The notes under the pieces are model-generated. The model did no database searches, had not been told where the DNA came from, and saw only the letters and a program-made list of their open reading frames with translations. Shown here piece by piece: positions 29,615-47,204 of a DNA stretch of 64,000 nucleotides. Source of the DNA: Eledone cirrhosa (taxonomy: Eukaryota); the NCBI GenBank assembly GCA_964016885.1, contig OZ024742.1:196354001-196418000 (forward strand), written 5' to 3'. Within the stretch, counting starts at the first letter, position 1. Each line of letters begins with the position of its first letter. Position numbers and translations under genes: made by a program.

Positions 29615-29824
29615 CCCTTTAGCATTCACATTACTCTATATATACTATTATATTTTCATGGTAAAGCCTTTATCTCACATAATTATCTCACATAATATCG
29701 AATCTATGAGATTTTGAAAGTATTTATTTTGAGAACAATACCTTAACATCAGTTTGAGCGACCAGTTACAGCCAGTTTCAACAGAAAGAGGTAGAGAATT
29801 CTGGCCGGTTTGAACATTAAAGGG
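29615..29824. mobile_element. piggyBac-type MITE
   Basis: TTAA-CCCTTTAGCATT...TAAAGGG-TTAA. Confidence 0.8.
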
Positions 29825-30726
29825 TTAAGCAAGTGAATTGACAGAGTTGTAAGAGCATCAGAAAGAATGTTTTGCAGGGATCTGTTCCAGCTCTGTGTGT
29901 TCTGATTTCAAATCCTACCATGCACAACTTCGTTGTCTTTCACTCTTTCAGGGTCGATAAAATAGAGTATGATTTGGTGGATTTGTGCTTCATTTTAAGT
30001 GTTTGACAGAAATACTTTTGTCTTGAATATACACAGCCGATTCTGTTTAGTGGTAGTGCTGGTGCTACAATAATATAGACCCAGCCGACTAACTATTTAC
30101 TGGTAGTACTGGTGCCATGATAAAATACACCAACTGACTTTAGTGGTAGAGCTGGTCCCAGAATAAAATACATGCAGTACACTTTGTAAAGTGATTAGTT
30201 TTAAGAAGAGCATCCAGCCATAGAAACCATGTCAAAGAATGGAACATATAAGCAAGATGCGATCCTTCAATCTATCCAAACCATGTCAACATAGAAAGCA
30301 TATATAAAATGAAGAAAACGAGGGTGATATATATATATAAAACTAAGTGGCAATTGACAAAACGTAAAACAGCAGGCTAGTTTACAACAGGGAGATGTAT
30401 AACCTCTCTCATGTCAGAGGAAATGATCCAAAAGAGTTTACTTGAAAATGATTTACCTCATAACATCATACTTATATAACACACTCAGCCATAATTAGCT
30501 ACTCCTATCTGTGTAAAATCATCATCATCGTCATTTTACACCTGCTTTCTATAGTTGCATGGTTTCTACAGTTAGATACCCTTCCTAACATCAACCACCT
30601 TACAGTGTGTGCTGAGTGTGTTTTTCATGACACCAACACTCCCACTTCACAGAGAGAACTGGGTGTATCTTATAGTACCATCACTAACACTTTGCAGAGT
30701 ATACAGGGTGCATTTTATAAGAGCAT

Positions 30727-31075
30727 ATATGATGGCTGCATCTTGATTTCAAGAACTGTAACCAGCTGGTCCTCCTCTCACACATGGATGGCACGAACAT
30801 GACACTTTAGTCCTGCCAAGGATTTACATTCCTTTCTGCATATGCTTCAGTGATGAACATTACTTCCACTTTGCGTCACTGTTTCATTTTGATGAGTTTT
30901 CAAATGACGGTGTCTACTGGCCGAGGTATATTGTTCTCTACACTTCCAATATACTAAAGCGACCAAACTCGACAATATTTTGTATATGGTTTCTACAATG
31001 ACTTCTAAGACCAACTTTACGGAGACAAATTTGGCCACACTCATTCCACAAAGTCATTTTGAGCATCTGAAAATC
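30727..31075 (-). mobile_element. 3' end of a LINE carrying three degenerate C2H2 zinc fingers
   Basis: Manual translation: ECGQICLRKVGLRSHCRNH / WKCREQYTSASRHRHLKTH / SICRKECKSLAGLK; terminus gcagccatcatata. Confidence 0.6.
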
Positions 31076-31165
31076 CAGATAAATATCATATAGAGCCTAC
31101 AAACACACACACACAGATGGTGTGTGTGTGTGTGTGTATATATATACATATATATATATATACAT

Positions 31166-31196
<31 letters not shown>

Positions 31197-31782
31197 TATA
31201 CATACATGTATTATGAGTGTTCATTTATGTATATATACATGTATGCGTGTGTGTATATATGCATACATATATACACACGTGTGTTTGTGTACAGAGAGAC
31301 ACATGCATACATACGCGTGTGTGCGTGTGTGTGTGTACATATGTAAGTGTATAAGCATATACATAACAAAACTGGATACAGTACAAATTGAGAATATTAG
31401 GTTAATGCTCTGGAGTGTTAATCATAATGTATTTGTGTCCTTCGTCAAAATATATATTGTCATCATCACTATTTAACATCCATTTTCCTTGCTTGCATTG
31501 GTTAGAAAGCTTGTCACATCATGAGACTAGTTAAGGCAGGTGACTATGTCTTGCTTATATGGATCTGTTTTTTTTGGGGGGGGGGGCTGGTCTCGAGAGC
31601 TGGCTGTCCCTTATGCCAACAACACACACCATCATCATCATATAGCGTTCATTTTCTCTGCTAGCAAGGGTTGGACACGGACACACACATATATATATAT
31701 ATTATATACACACATATATATATATACATACATACACATATATACATATATATATATACATACATACACATATATACATATA

Positions 31783-33034
31783 TCATCATCATCATCATCA
31801 TCAACGTTTAACGTCCGTGTTCCACGCTTGCATGGGTTTGGACGGGGGTAGTCCCACTTGAGGCAAGAGTGATTGTCTTGCTCGCATAGGACTGTCTGGC
31901 AGGTTTTCTACAGTTGGATGCCCTTCCTAACACCAACCACATTTACAGTGTGGGTCTGGGAGGTTTTTACCGTGTTGCCTACACGGCCACATTACAGCGT
32001 GGACTGTGTGTTTTTTTGTCGTGACACCTACACGATCTCATTTGTTTCGGCCTGGATGGCGCGGCACCAACATAACTTTACATAGAACGGGGTGGTGTGG
32101 ATGGGGTGGGGGTGGCGGCGGGAGGGGTGTATTTTGTTAGAGATGCCTACTGGCAAGGCGGGTCTTCTCTGTTACTGAGTACCGCCAAAGGTCACGGTCC
32201 AGTGACATTGTCTTGGAGAGGTGTAAGTGTGTGAGGTCGGAGTTTATCAGCTCATCCCATGTTTTTCTAGGTCTGCCTATTCCGTGGCTACCGTCTATCT
32301 TTATTGCCCTGCACTTTGTAATACAGCTATCGACTTTCATGCGCATCACGTGTCCATACCAACGCAGCCTTCTCTCGAGTAAACAACATCTGATCCCTCT
32401 TATCTCTAATTTTTTCCTTAGTTCGTTTATGCTTTGCCGTTCACGTATATTACTGTTACACATCCAGCGGAGCATGCAAGCTTCGTTCCTCTCTAGTCTG
32501 CGTATATCCTCTGCACACAATGCCCAGGTCTCACTACCATGCAACATTGCTGTTCGTATGCAGGCATCGTACAACCTGCCTTTCATTTTTAGGGAGAACC
32601 CTTTAGCAGCTAATAGTGGTATAAGCTCTCTGAACTTTTTCCAACCAGTTCTGACTCTAGCTACAGTACTTTCAGAGCACCCTCCCCCACTGCTGATTTT
32701 ATCGCCCAGGTAACGGAAGCTGTCCACTATTTCTATAAAACCCTCTGCGCAATTGAAAGAGCTAGTATTTTGTGGGCACTTGCTGCTACTTATTGCACCA
32801 GAACACCGGCCACATGTAAAGTCTATGTTCTTAGTTAGCTTACCTGTGATCCCACTACATCTTTTATGCACCCATACTTTGCATTTAGGACATAAGATGG
32901 AGTTTCTACCTACGCCTTTCCTACATACCGAGCACGACCATTTCCCAGAAGGGACCGCCGCCTTGTTTTCTTTCCTACAAACTAGAACTTTGGTCTTAGC
33001 CAGGTTAATTTTAAGTCCTTTTGACTCTAGGCCG
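31783..33034 (-). mobile_element. RTE family B 3' portion with intact frame
   Basis: Non-repeat part of ORF 32137..33327: [13 protein letters not shown]-like finger, FRYLGD, C terminus, then 3' UTR. Confidence 0.95.
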
Positions 33035-33350
33035 TATATATATATACATACATACACATATATACATATATATATACATACATACATACATACACATATA
33101 TACATATATATATACATACATACACATACATATATATATATACATACATACACATATATACATATATATATACATACATACACATATATATATATATACA
33201 TACATACACATATATATATATATACATACATACACACATATATACATATATATATACATACATACACATATATACATATATATATACATACATACACATA
33301 TATACATATATATATACATACATACACATATATACATATATATATACATA

Positions 33351-34018
33351 CATCATCATCATCATCATCATCATCACCGTTTTACGTCCGTTCTTCCACG
33401 CTAGCATGGGTTAGACGGGTTGTCCTGTTGTGGGCAGTGTCTGGTCGGCTGACCATGCCTTGCTCATACAGGAACTGATCTGGCTTGATTTCTACAGCTG
33501 GATGCCCTTCCTAACACCAACCTCATTTACAGTGAGTGCTGGGTGCTTTTTCGTGGCGCCTACACGTCCACTTTACAGTGTGGGCTGGGTGGTTTTTTGC
33601 CGTGGCACCTCCACGACCACCTTGCGGTGGGGGGCGGGGGGCATATTGTTTATATGCTTCAGCATGTACCCATGGGAGGTCGGGTACCCTGTATTACTGC
33701 GTGACGCCAGAAGTCACGGTCGTGTGTCATTGACTTTGAGAGGTGTAGTTGGGTAAGGTCGGCTTTTATCACCTCATCCCAAGTCATCTTGGGTCTCCCC
33801 ACTCCGCGGTTTCCATCAACTTCTAGTGCTCTGCACCTTTTTATGCAGCTGTCATCCTTCATACGCATCACATGTCCATACCAGCGTAACCGCCTCTCCT
33901 GCACGCAGCATTTGATTCCTCTTATGCTCAGTCTCTCTCTCAATTCCTTTATGCTTTGTCGTTCACGTATATTACTGTTACACATCCATCGGAGCATGCA
34001 GGCTTCGTTTCTCTCTAA
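33351..34018 (-). mobile_element. RTE family C 3' fragment
   Basis: ORF 33659..34027 plus UTR and tail. Confidence 0.93.
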
Positions 34019-34043
34019 TATACACATATATACATATATATAT

Positions 34044-34676
34044 GAGGGATCAGATGTTATCTACTCGAGAGAAGGCTACGTTGGTATGGTCACGTAATGC
34101 GCATGAAGGACGATAGCTGTATAACAAAGTGCAGGGCAATAAAGATAGACGGTAGCCACGGAATAGGCAGACCCATAAAAACCTGGGATGAGCTGATAAA
34201 CTCCGACCTCACACACTTACACCTCACCAAGACAATGTCACTGGACCAAGACCTTTGGCGGTACTCAGTAATAGAGAAGACCCGCCTTACCTAAATACAT
34301 AGTAAAACCTACTACAGCCAGTAGGCATCTCTAAAAAATACACCCCCGTCCCACCACCCACACCCCATCCACACCACCCCCTCCTATGTAAAGTTATGTT
34401 GGTGCCACAACATCCAGGCCGAAACAAATGAGATCGTGTAGGTGTCACGACAAAAAAACACACAGTCAACGCTGTAATGTCGCCGTGTAGGCGACACGGT
34501 AAAAACCTCCCAGTCCCACACTGTAAATGTGGTTGGTGTTAGGAAGGGCATCCAACAGTAGAAAACTGCCAGACAGTCCTATGCGAGCAAGACAATCACT
34601 CTTGCCTCAAGTGGGAATACCCCCGTCCAAACCCATGCAAGCGTGGAACACAGACGTTAAACGTTGATGATGATGA
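34044..34676 (+). mobile_element. RTE family B 3' fragment
   Basis: ORF 34097..34294 plus UTR and tail. Confidence 0.92.
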
Positions 34677-37482
<2,806 letters not shown>

Positions 37483-38490
37483 TGACAAAATCAGCAGTGG
37501 GGGAGGGTGCTCTGAAAGTACAGTAACTAGAGTCAGAACTGGGTGGAAAAAGTTCAGAGAGCTTATACCACTATTAGCCGCTAGAGGGTTCTCCCTAAAA
37601 ATGAAAGGCAGGTTATACGATGCCTGCATACGAACAGCAATGCTGCATGGCAGTGAGACCTGGGCATTGTGTGCAGAGGATATACGCAGACTAGAGAGGA
37701 ACGAAGCTTGCATGCTCCGCTGGATGTGCAATAGTAATATACGTGAACGGTAAAGCATAAACGAACTAAGGAAAAAATTAGAAATAAGAGGGATCAGTTG
37801 TTGTTTACTCGAGAGAAGGCTACGTTGGTACGGTCACGTGATGCGCATGAAAGACAACAGCTGTATAACAAAGTGCAGGGCAATAAAGATAGACGGTAGC
37901 CACGGAGTAGGCAGACCCAGAACAACATGGGACGAGCTGATAAATTCCGACCTCACACGCTTACACCTCTCCAAGACAATGTCACTGGACCGAGACCTTT
38001 GGCGGTACTCAGTAATAGAGAAGACCCGCCTTACCTAAATACCAAGTAAAAGCCTACTACAGTCAGTAGGCATCTCTATCAAAACACACCCCCGTCCCAC
38101 CACCTCCACCCCATCCACACCGCCCCTTTCAATGTAAAGTTATGTTGGTCCCACAACATCCAGGCCGAAACAAATGAGATCGTGTAGGTGTCACGACAAA
38201 AAAACACACAGTCCACGCTGTAAATGTGGTTGGTGTTAGGAAGGGCATCCAGCTGTAGAAAACCCGCCAGACAGTCCACGCTGTAATATGGCCGTGTAGG
38301 CAACACGGTAAAAACCTCCCAGCCCCACACTGTAAATGTGGTTGGTGTTAGGAAGGGCATCCAACTGTAGAAAACCCGCCAGACAGTCCTATGCGAGCAA
38401 GACAACCACTCTTGCCTCAAGTGGGAAAACCCCCGTCCAAACCCATGCAAGCGTGGAACACGGACGCTAAACCTGATGATGATGATGATG
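37483..38490 (+). mobile_element. RTE family B 3' fragment
   Basis: [13 protein letters not shown]...; in-frame stop near 37751; UTR with partial duplication; (GAT)n tail. Confidence 0.93.
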
Positions 38491-39497
38491 ACACACATAT
38501 ATATATATATATATACATACACACATATATATATATATACATACACACATATATATATATATACATATATATATACATACATATATATATACATACACAC
38601 ATATATATACATATACATACACACATATATATACATACACACATATATATATATATACATACACACATATATATATATATACATACACACATATATATAC
38701 ATACACACATATATATATATACATACACACATATATATACATACACATATATATATACATACACATATATATATATACATACACACATACACACACATAT
38801 ATATACATACATACATACACATATACATACACATATATATATACATACATACACATATACATACACATATATATATATACATACATACACATATATATAT
38901 ATATATACATACATACACATACATACACATATATACATACATATATACATACATACATACACATATATATATATACATACATACATACACATATATATAT
39001 ATACATACATACACATATACATACATATATATATACATACATACACATATACATACATATATATATACATACATACATACATACATACACATATACATAC
39101 ACATATATATATATATACATACATACACATATATATATATACATACATACATACATACACATATATATATATATATATACATACATACATACATACACAC
39201 ATATATATATACATACATACATACATACACATATATATATATATATACATACATACATACATACACACATATATATACATACATACACACATATATATAT
39301 ATACATACATACACATATATACATACATACACATATATATATACATACATACACATATATATATATACATACATACACACATATATATACATACATACAT
39401 ACACACATATATATATACATACGTACACACATATATATATACATACGTACACACATATATATATACATACATACACACACATATATATATATATATA
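38491..39497. repeat. (TACA/TA/CA)n microsatellite
   Basis: Direct reading. Confidence 0.95.
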
Positions 39498-39537
39498 GGC
39501 TTCCGTATGAAACAGTTCTAGTCCTGTAGAAGCCATT

Positions 39538-39625
<88 letters not shown>

Positions 39626-40454
39626 CTTGTGTAGGTGAACACAACAAAAAGCACCCAGTACGATAGGAATGGCATCCAGCTGTAGAAACCAAACCAAAAT
39701 CAGTTCGGTATATGCAAGACATGATCACCTAACCTAGGCATTGCCCGCAACAGGACAGCTTGTCTAACCCATGCTAGCATAGAAAAATGGATGTAAAAGG
39801 GTGATGATGATGCTGTAAATGTGGTTGTTGTTAGAAAAGGCATCTAGCTGTAAAATCCCTGGCTAAATTTACAATCGTGTTGGAGCAAGGTATGGTGTGG
39901 CCAAATCTGGCCAGACTTGTTTCTCGATGTGGGCGAACCATCTAACCCATGCAAGCATGGAAAATTGATGCTAAACAGTGATGATGGTACATACATACAT
40001 ACATACATACATACATACATACATACATACATACATACATACGTGTGTGTGTGTGTATATATATGTTTGAAGAACTTTGTAACGCGAACTGGCGCGAAAT
40101 TTATTATAATTATTGACCAACCAATCAAATTACTTCTTTCGAGCCACTTTTTTTCCATATAAAACAGAAGTAACATTCAGAGACCAACCAGATATGAGAA
40201 AAACCACAGACCCTCCATCTCAACTCTACTTTTGAAAAGCAGAAGAACTGCGAAACCGGTAAAGGAACCAAATAAATATATATATATTTTTTTAAATAAG
40301 AGTCCAGTTGCATTTTCGATTTCATCTATTTTTTCTTTATATATATATATATATATACACATACATACATACATACATACATACATGTGTGCGTGTGTGT
40401 ATATATATATATATACATACATACATGCAGGATAAGTTGCTTGACCATGAAGCT

Positions 40455-41480
40455 TAGATCATTTTCATTAATAAGATGAGACACTATACTGACAGCATCT
40501 GTGTACACAGCTTGCTCTGTTCTCACAAGCCACTCATCTAAGAACTGGCAGATAACACATAGTGGTAATCCATCAAAGGCCTTCTCCAGATCAATAAAAG
40601 CTAGATATAGCAGCTGAAACTCAGATAGAAACCTCTCTTGTAGTTGTCTCATTAAGAAGAAATCTGTTGTGCTCCTCCTGGGCACAAAACCACACTGCAT
40701 CTCATCTATTTGACTCTTTCTATAATTAGATATGCTGTCACCACCACTTTCATAATGTGATCCTTTAGTTTATGTCTACAATTGCTCCTTCCTAGAACAT
40801 CACCTTTCCCCATTTAATAATGATTATACTGCTACACCAATGCATATTACCTTATTGACTACATGGGTAATTATCTTGACTCCTATATTTCATTAGACTG
40901 TCCTCTATATCAGACGTGTCTATTTCCTCCTCCATCTCATCATATGCATCATTCTGAACTTTCCTGAACCTATATTGCACTCTTTAGCATTTAAACCGGC
41001 CATATCCAGCCAGAATTCTCGCATCTCTTTCAGTTAAAACCAGCCATAACTGGCCGCTTATACTAACATTAAGGTATTGTTCTCAAAATAAATAATATCA
41101 AAATCTTGTAGATTCGATATGTGAGATAAAGCCTTTACCGTGAAAATACAATCGTAAATATAGAGTAATATGAATGCTAAAGGTTTAACAGAGAGCTCCT
41201 TTACCTTCCATACCTTCCTTCTCCAGGTTGCCCTCTACTTCCGATTCCAGCTGATTCTTATTCTGTTGCCACTAACAACTAATTTGTGAAGACTTAGTAT
41301 TCAAAACTATCTGTCTATACCATTTTGTAACAAGTAAAAAGTCAATCTGGCTTATGTGTTCACCTGGTTGGCAGGTAATCAAGTGGCTGGCCAGTTTCCT
41401 TAAGTTAGTGTTGCAAATGGTTAAGTCATTTGAATAACAGAATTCAAAGAGCCTTGATTCTTCTCATTTCGGGGGCTATA
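40455..41480 (-). mobile_element. Highly degraded RTE (APE-RT) interrupted by a MITE
   Basis: MQCGFVPRRSTTD..RQLQERFL..LYLAFIDLEKAFD; an ICNTN..K-like APE segment near 41400. Confidence 0.8.
40980..41184. mobile_element. piggyBac-type MITE, opposite orientation
   Basis: Reverse complement of the 29615 and 59838 family; ctttagcatt / aatgctaaag ends. Confidence 0.78.
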
Positions 41481-42159
41481 TCATTAGCCATCAAGCACTC
41501 CAGTGTAGTCATCGTTGTGCTGTACAACATGTGTATGTGTGTGTGCAGAGAGAAAGAGAGAGTGAGACAGATTGGGAGTTACCAGTTTAGACTAGTAAGG
41601 CCATGTTCAGTTAAGTACTCGATACTTGGAAACAGCATGAGCTCAGCAGCCAGGCAATAACTATATATGTATATATATAGTTTAAAGCTGCCATTATTTG
41701 GTCTAATACTTATCTATTAAAACAAATTAAAAAAACCTTTTTAAATACAATTCCAAAAACATAACACTGGTTTAACTCTTAACATCCTGTACCACATGAG
41801 CCTGCATTAATAAAATATTCCTGAAAAGTACAAAACAACACTATGATTATATCATATCAAAAATTAAAGTCTTTACTCTAATATTGCAAATTTTCTTATC
41901 AACCTGTCCACTACTAAAAGTACTACAATCATTTGAATTTACAAACGCTTTTAAATAATTTCTGCTAAATTATTACAGAATTTCAAGAGTTAATTTTAGA
42001 AATGATTTTTGTCATCTGATATTAACTTCTAAATCTTATAAACATGTTTATAAAATGCCTTGTATATCAACACACTATAAAACTCAGCTGAAATGATGTC
42101 AATGGGTGGGAGATGTGAAATTATGAATAAGTAATAGATACAACTGCAACACTACCACA

Positions 42160-42164
42160 AATAT

Positions 42165-42253
<89 letters not shown>

Positions 42254-42291
42254 CATATATACATATATTTATACACATATAAACATATATG

Positions 42292-42325
<34 letters not shown>

Positions 42326-42370
42326 TATATATATACACACATATATATATATATTTATACACATATAAAC

Positions 42371-42407
<37 letters not shown>

Positions 42408-42793
42408 TATATATATATATATACACATATATATATACATATATTTATACACATATATATATACACATATATATACATATATACACATATATACATATAT
42501 ATACATATATACACAAATATATATACATATATACACAAATATATATACATATATACACATATATATATACACATATACACATATATATATATACACATAT
42601 ATATATACCCATATACACATATATATATATACACATATATATATACCCATATACACATATATACATATATATACACACACTTATATATATATATACACAT
42701 ATATATACATATATATACACATATATATATATACACATATATACATATATTTATACACATATATATATACATATATTTATACACATACATATA

Positions 42794-42836
<43 letters not shown>

Positions 42837-42855
42837 ACATTATATATATATATAT
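42160..42855. repeat. (TA)n/(TACA)n microsatellite
   Basis: Direct reading. Confidence 0.95.
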
Positions 42856-43409
42856 GAAACATTGCAATTTAATATGGTGACTAAATTTAATTTTACAGTT
42901 TTATAAATAAACAATTAGAATTCGAGAAACATTTTTGAAACAAAATAGTTTAATGTTTTTTTTACAACCCTTTATTTTTTTTTTGTTCAAAAAGCTTCAT
43001 TTGTCAAATTTAATTTTTTTAACCCTTCCATTACCATATTTCTAATGAAAGACACTGCTTATGATTTTCAAATAATTTTGAAAATATTGACGAATTTCAA
43101 GGGATTTGCTAATATAACTAACTTTCTCCTTATTAAGTTTGCGTTTGGAACATAAGTGCTTTTATATAAAAGCATGATGGAAGGTTTTTAGATAAATATA
43201 AAGACTTTCAAACAGTTTTCCCTTGTTGGAGCAAGGGGGTTTCATGCAGTTTGATATGAGACCGGGTAACATAACCATCTTTCAACAACAACCAGCAGCA
43301 TGCAATGTTGACATAGCTGGAATATTTAAAAATATTCATCATACAACCAACCTCTATACACTATTACCAACAAACAAAAACAAAAAATTATGGTACCCTG
43401 GACCATTAT

Positions 43410-44040
43410 TCACGAAGCCTCTTTTCAGCCAACCTGATTGCTCTTAGGAAGAAAGACGGTGACATATGCTTTATTGTTGCAGGCAATGTCTTCAGATGGT
43501 TGGCTGTCAAAGACATCTGCAAGTCCGTTGCCTCTGAACTGGGCAACAAACTAAGCTCTCTGCAGCTAGGGGTTGGTGTGGCTGGCAGATGTAAGGGGTC
43601 ACCCATAGTGCTAGGCTGTTTTACAATGACAACCCACCTGAGCCAGCATCAAGAGATTCCAGGCATTTCCTCATCAAACTTAACACAAGGAATGCTATCA
43701 ACTGTCTGAACCTTGACTATTTGCTCAAGGTTTGCCTCAGTCGTGCCGTGGCCACCCACACACTGGCCTCCCTGTATATGTGTCTCTGAGTCTACTCCTT
43801 ACTGCAGGCAAGGTCATATCTTGTTTCGCTGGCATTCAACAGGGCAATCTATTGGGCCTCCTCCTCTTTGCTCTCAGCATAAACAACACTGCTCAGAACA
43901 TCACAGCTCCAGTCAACACCTGGTTCCTGGATAATAAGAAGGTCCATGGAGACTGCCATGATCTCTGATTGGTGGTTCCAGCTCTGGCAAGAAACAGCCT
44001 CGAGAGCAAGTCATCGAAGTGGAAGGTTGTGAACGACAAT
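43410..44040 (+). mobile_element. Degraded CRE-clade non-LTR RT fragment
   Basis: LFSANLIALRKKDG..GNVFRWLA..LQLGVGVAG..GIQQGNLLGLLLFAL..TWFLD. Confidence 0.75.
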
Positions 44041-44683
44041 TACAAAGCAAGGGACCCCAAAGGAAGACATTCTCAAAGTATATAAAGTGAATGTGTGTGT
44101 CTATATGTGTTTGTGTGCGCGTGTGTCTGTATATATATATATATATATTAAAATAACAGATTATACTGTAAAAATATTAATGTAATTCAATTTGAGAACT
44201 CAACATGCATTATCAGGGTTGGCTGACTGGCAACCTACTACCACAAGCGAGGGAGGGGATGATCATCCCTAAGATAATTTGCTATGGTTTACAATAGTAA
44301 TCAGCTATAAATCTACTTTTACGCAGACCTGTTGGCATGCATGAATTGAAGCTCACAGGGGAACTGGCATTCGATTCATGAACATCGCTGTTTGTCCGTT
44401 CCCTTGTCACTTCAATGTTGGATTACCTCCTTGATTGTAACTTTATTAAGTAAGACACTCTCTGAAGAGAGCATGGCAGTGGATTCTATGCCGAATTGCG
44501 TAACCAATGGCGTCCTCAAAATATGTATCACAGCCTTATCAATAAAGGACTTTATCATCTAAACTTTGTATTTCCTTATTCTATAATATATATATTGGAG
44601 ATGTACAAAAGAGTGGAGAACTTAATATTGCTAACATAAATTTATTGGACCATTTTACACAACCAATAATGCACCTTACTATA

Positions 44684-44726
<43 letters not shown>

Positions 44727-44807
44727 GTTTAGACAAGTTGCTGACACCAACATATAAGGCAAAGAATAATTCAAAGCTCAAGTGTGTGTGCGTGTGTGTT
44801 GACACAA

Positions 44808-45130
44808 CATGGCTGAAGGGTTAAGAGGTTCACTTTGCAATCATCAGATCTCAATTTCAATCCTATTGTGTGGCATCTTGAGCAAATGTCATTTACCATA
44901 GCTTCAGGTTGAGCCATACCTTGTGAATGAAACTGGATAGATGGAAACTGTTTAGAAGCTCATCAGATGGACTATACTTGTAATTTAGCCTTGTCACACT
45001 GAGTCTCTCTGAGAATTACAATAAGACTATACATGTTTGTGGAATGCTCAGACACTTGCACATTAATTTCATAAGCAGGCTGTTCTCGAGATGAAACAAC
45101 TGGAACACACACTGTCAAAACTAACAGAGG
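44808..45130 (+). mobile_element. Degraded tRNA-derived SINE
   Basis: Shares gatggaaactg..gaagc..tcagatgg and gaatgctcag.cactt blocks with the 48.2-48.9 kb and 50.2-50.5 kb copies. Confidence 0.65.
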
Positions 45131-45309
45131 TCAATTCTTATTCTTATCATCATCATCATCATATTTACGCCCATATTCCATACTGGCATGGGTTGGACAA
45201 TTTGTTTTGAGACAATGTTTCACTATTAGAGGCCCATTTTGGCACCAAACCTTTTATTCACCTATTACGACACGCAGGGGTACGATGCGTTTATTCTAAC
45301 AACTGGAAC

Positions 45310-45740
45310 ACAGACACATACATGTGTGTATTGTGTTGTATCAGATGAAAGAATGGTATTTAACTAATGTATTGGTACGCGATGGGGCCCACCCACAGCC
45401 CTGGTGGACAGAATGGAGAAGACGTTTCCCCGGAGGACGGCAAGGGAGACGCGCTGGAAAAGCCACTCCAACACGCGGGGCTCACACCTGCGGCTGGCCA
45501 GCTCAGCGCCTATATTGGTGAGTAAGGAGGTAGCCCTGGGGCCGAAGACACCAGAAGTCTCCACTGCCAGGGGAACGACCGCAAACCTGTCGGAGAGCGA
45601 CCGGTATTTGAGGAGTTTGGCCCCCTCAGCCCGACGTGCAGCAGAACCTGGGTCAGTCGCAGACTGCACCAGGTTGCGGCTGCAGAAAGTGTCGGTGCAA
45701 GTGGTATCCCAGACGAGGGGTTTGCCACCGTGGAACGGGA
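45310..45740 (-). mobile_element. CRE-clade non-LTR 3' end (restriction-like endonuclease), GC-rich, open frame
   Basis: PFHGGKPLVWDTTCTDT..GSAARRAE..K..KY..VPLAVETSGVFG..FQRVSLAVLRGN. Confidence 0.85.
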
Positions 45741-46222
45741 GTCACCAACACCACCACTAACTCAACAGAGAAAATGTTAAAATTTCAGAAAAATATTATA
45801 AACACAAACAAAACGAAAGAATGCCCATTAACTAACATTAAAATAATTAACAATAAACACTAATAACGACCTCTCTCTCTCTTTCCAACAACCTTTTGAC
45901 GAGAGGTATTTTATATTCTATTTACCTCTGAATTATGCCATTGTTTCAAACTAAACTCCTCTACCCTTCCACTAACACATCAAACCATTGACAGCAATAT
46001 AAGAGTATACACTATGCACTTTATATAATGGTTATGTTACTAAATGAACATTCTTAATGAAATTTTTTTTAATTAGTATAAATGCTGGAATTGAAAAGAC
46101 CAAGGAATACCAAAGAAGGTTTTGTTGGTTTATTTGTTGTTTTAAAAAATATTTCAAAGCAACAGAAAAATATGGAAAAAAAAAAATTACCAGAATATAT
46201 GGCTTTATTGAAGGAGCATAAG

Positions 46223-46250
46223 ATGTTTGTTTGTGTAGGATATGGTGTTG

Positions 46251-46315
<65 letters not shown>

Positions 46316-46420
46316 AAAATAGTCAAGAACCTGACGGCTGAGCTCCAGCCATTTTGACAGGTATTTTTGAAATAGCTGTCGAAACAGCCGGAGCTCAGCT
46401 GTCAGGGTCCTGACTCTTTT

Positions 46421-46460
<40 letters not shown>

Positions 46461-46487
46461 AACACCATATCCTACACAAACAAACAT
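46223..46487. repeat. Imperfect palindrome with (TA)n inside both arms
   Basis: atgtttgtttgtgtaggatatggtgttggt...accaacaccatatcctacacaaacaaacat; inner ctgacggctgagctcc...ggagctcagctgtcag. Confidence 0.85.
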
Positions 46488-46592
46488 TATATTACCCACT
46501 CTACTACCCATAGTATTGAGTTCTCTGGTGCGTTATGGTCCACCTGATTCCTTACCACACTTCCTTCGTTGTGTGTATATATAGTTGTCTCT

Positions 46593-46857
46593 ATGGCCTA
46601 GTGGTAAGTACTAGAGACAGTGGAGGTCCTGGCCTTGGGTTCAATCCCGGTGAAGCGGTACATGTAACCTTTCTAGGGCGGTGGATTGGCAGTATCGGTA
46701 GAGGGTCGGACGCCATGCTTTCCAGCATAGTTACGTCCCTTTACGATCTGAGTTCAAATCCCGCCGAGGTTGACTTTGCCTTTCATCCTTACGGGGGTCG
46801 ATAAAATAAAGTACCAGTAATGCACTGGGTAATTGCTGGCCTTGTGCCTAAAGTAGA

Positions 46858-46862
<5 letters not shown>
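46593..46862 (+). mobile_element. Two stacked tRNA-headed SINE segments
   Basis: tggcctagtggtaag...gggttcaatcccgg followed by the 20272-type SINE. Confidence 0.75.
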
Positions 46863-46898
<36 letters not shown>

Positions 46899-47204
46899 AA
46901 GGAAGTGTGGTAGGAACCAGATGGACAAAAATGCACCAGAGTACTCAATACATGATGGTGGTATATGTACGATATATGTTTTATTGAGGAGAGAAACCAT
47001 CCATCTGAGAAGTCAGTAACTCTACTTAAGTACTAACTCAGTCTGTGACAATTTATCCAACCCTTGCTAGCAGGGAAAACGGATGTTCAAAGTTGATGAT
47101 GTATTCATTAAAATAGGAAATTATCTGTTAAGGATAAAACAAAATTATTGGGTGTATATAAATGTATAAATTGGTCAATGTGTGAATATATAAACATAGC
47201 AAAT

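Noticed and set aside
46077-46118. Exon candidate INAGIEKTKEYQR (similar candidates near 58661-58777 and 60269)
   Set aside because: Weak donors or in-frame stops; no supporting similarity
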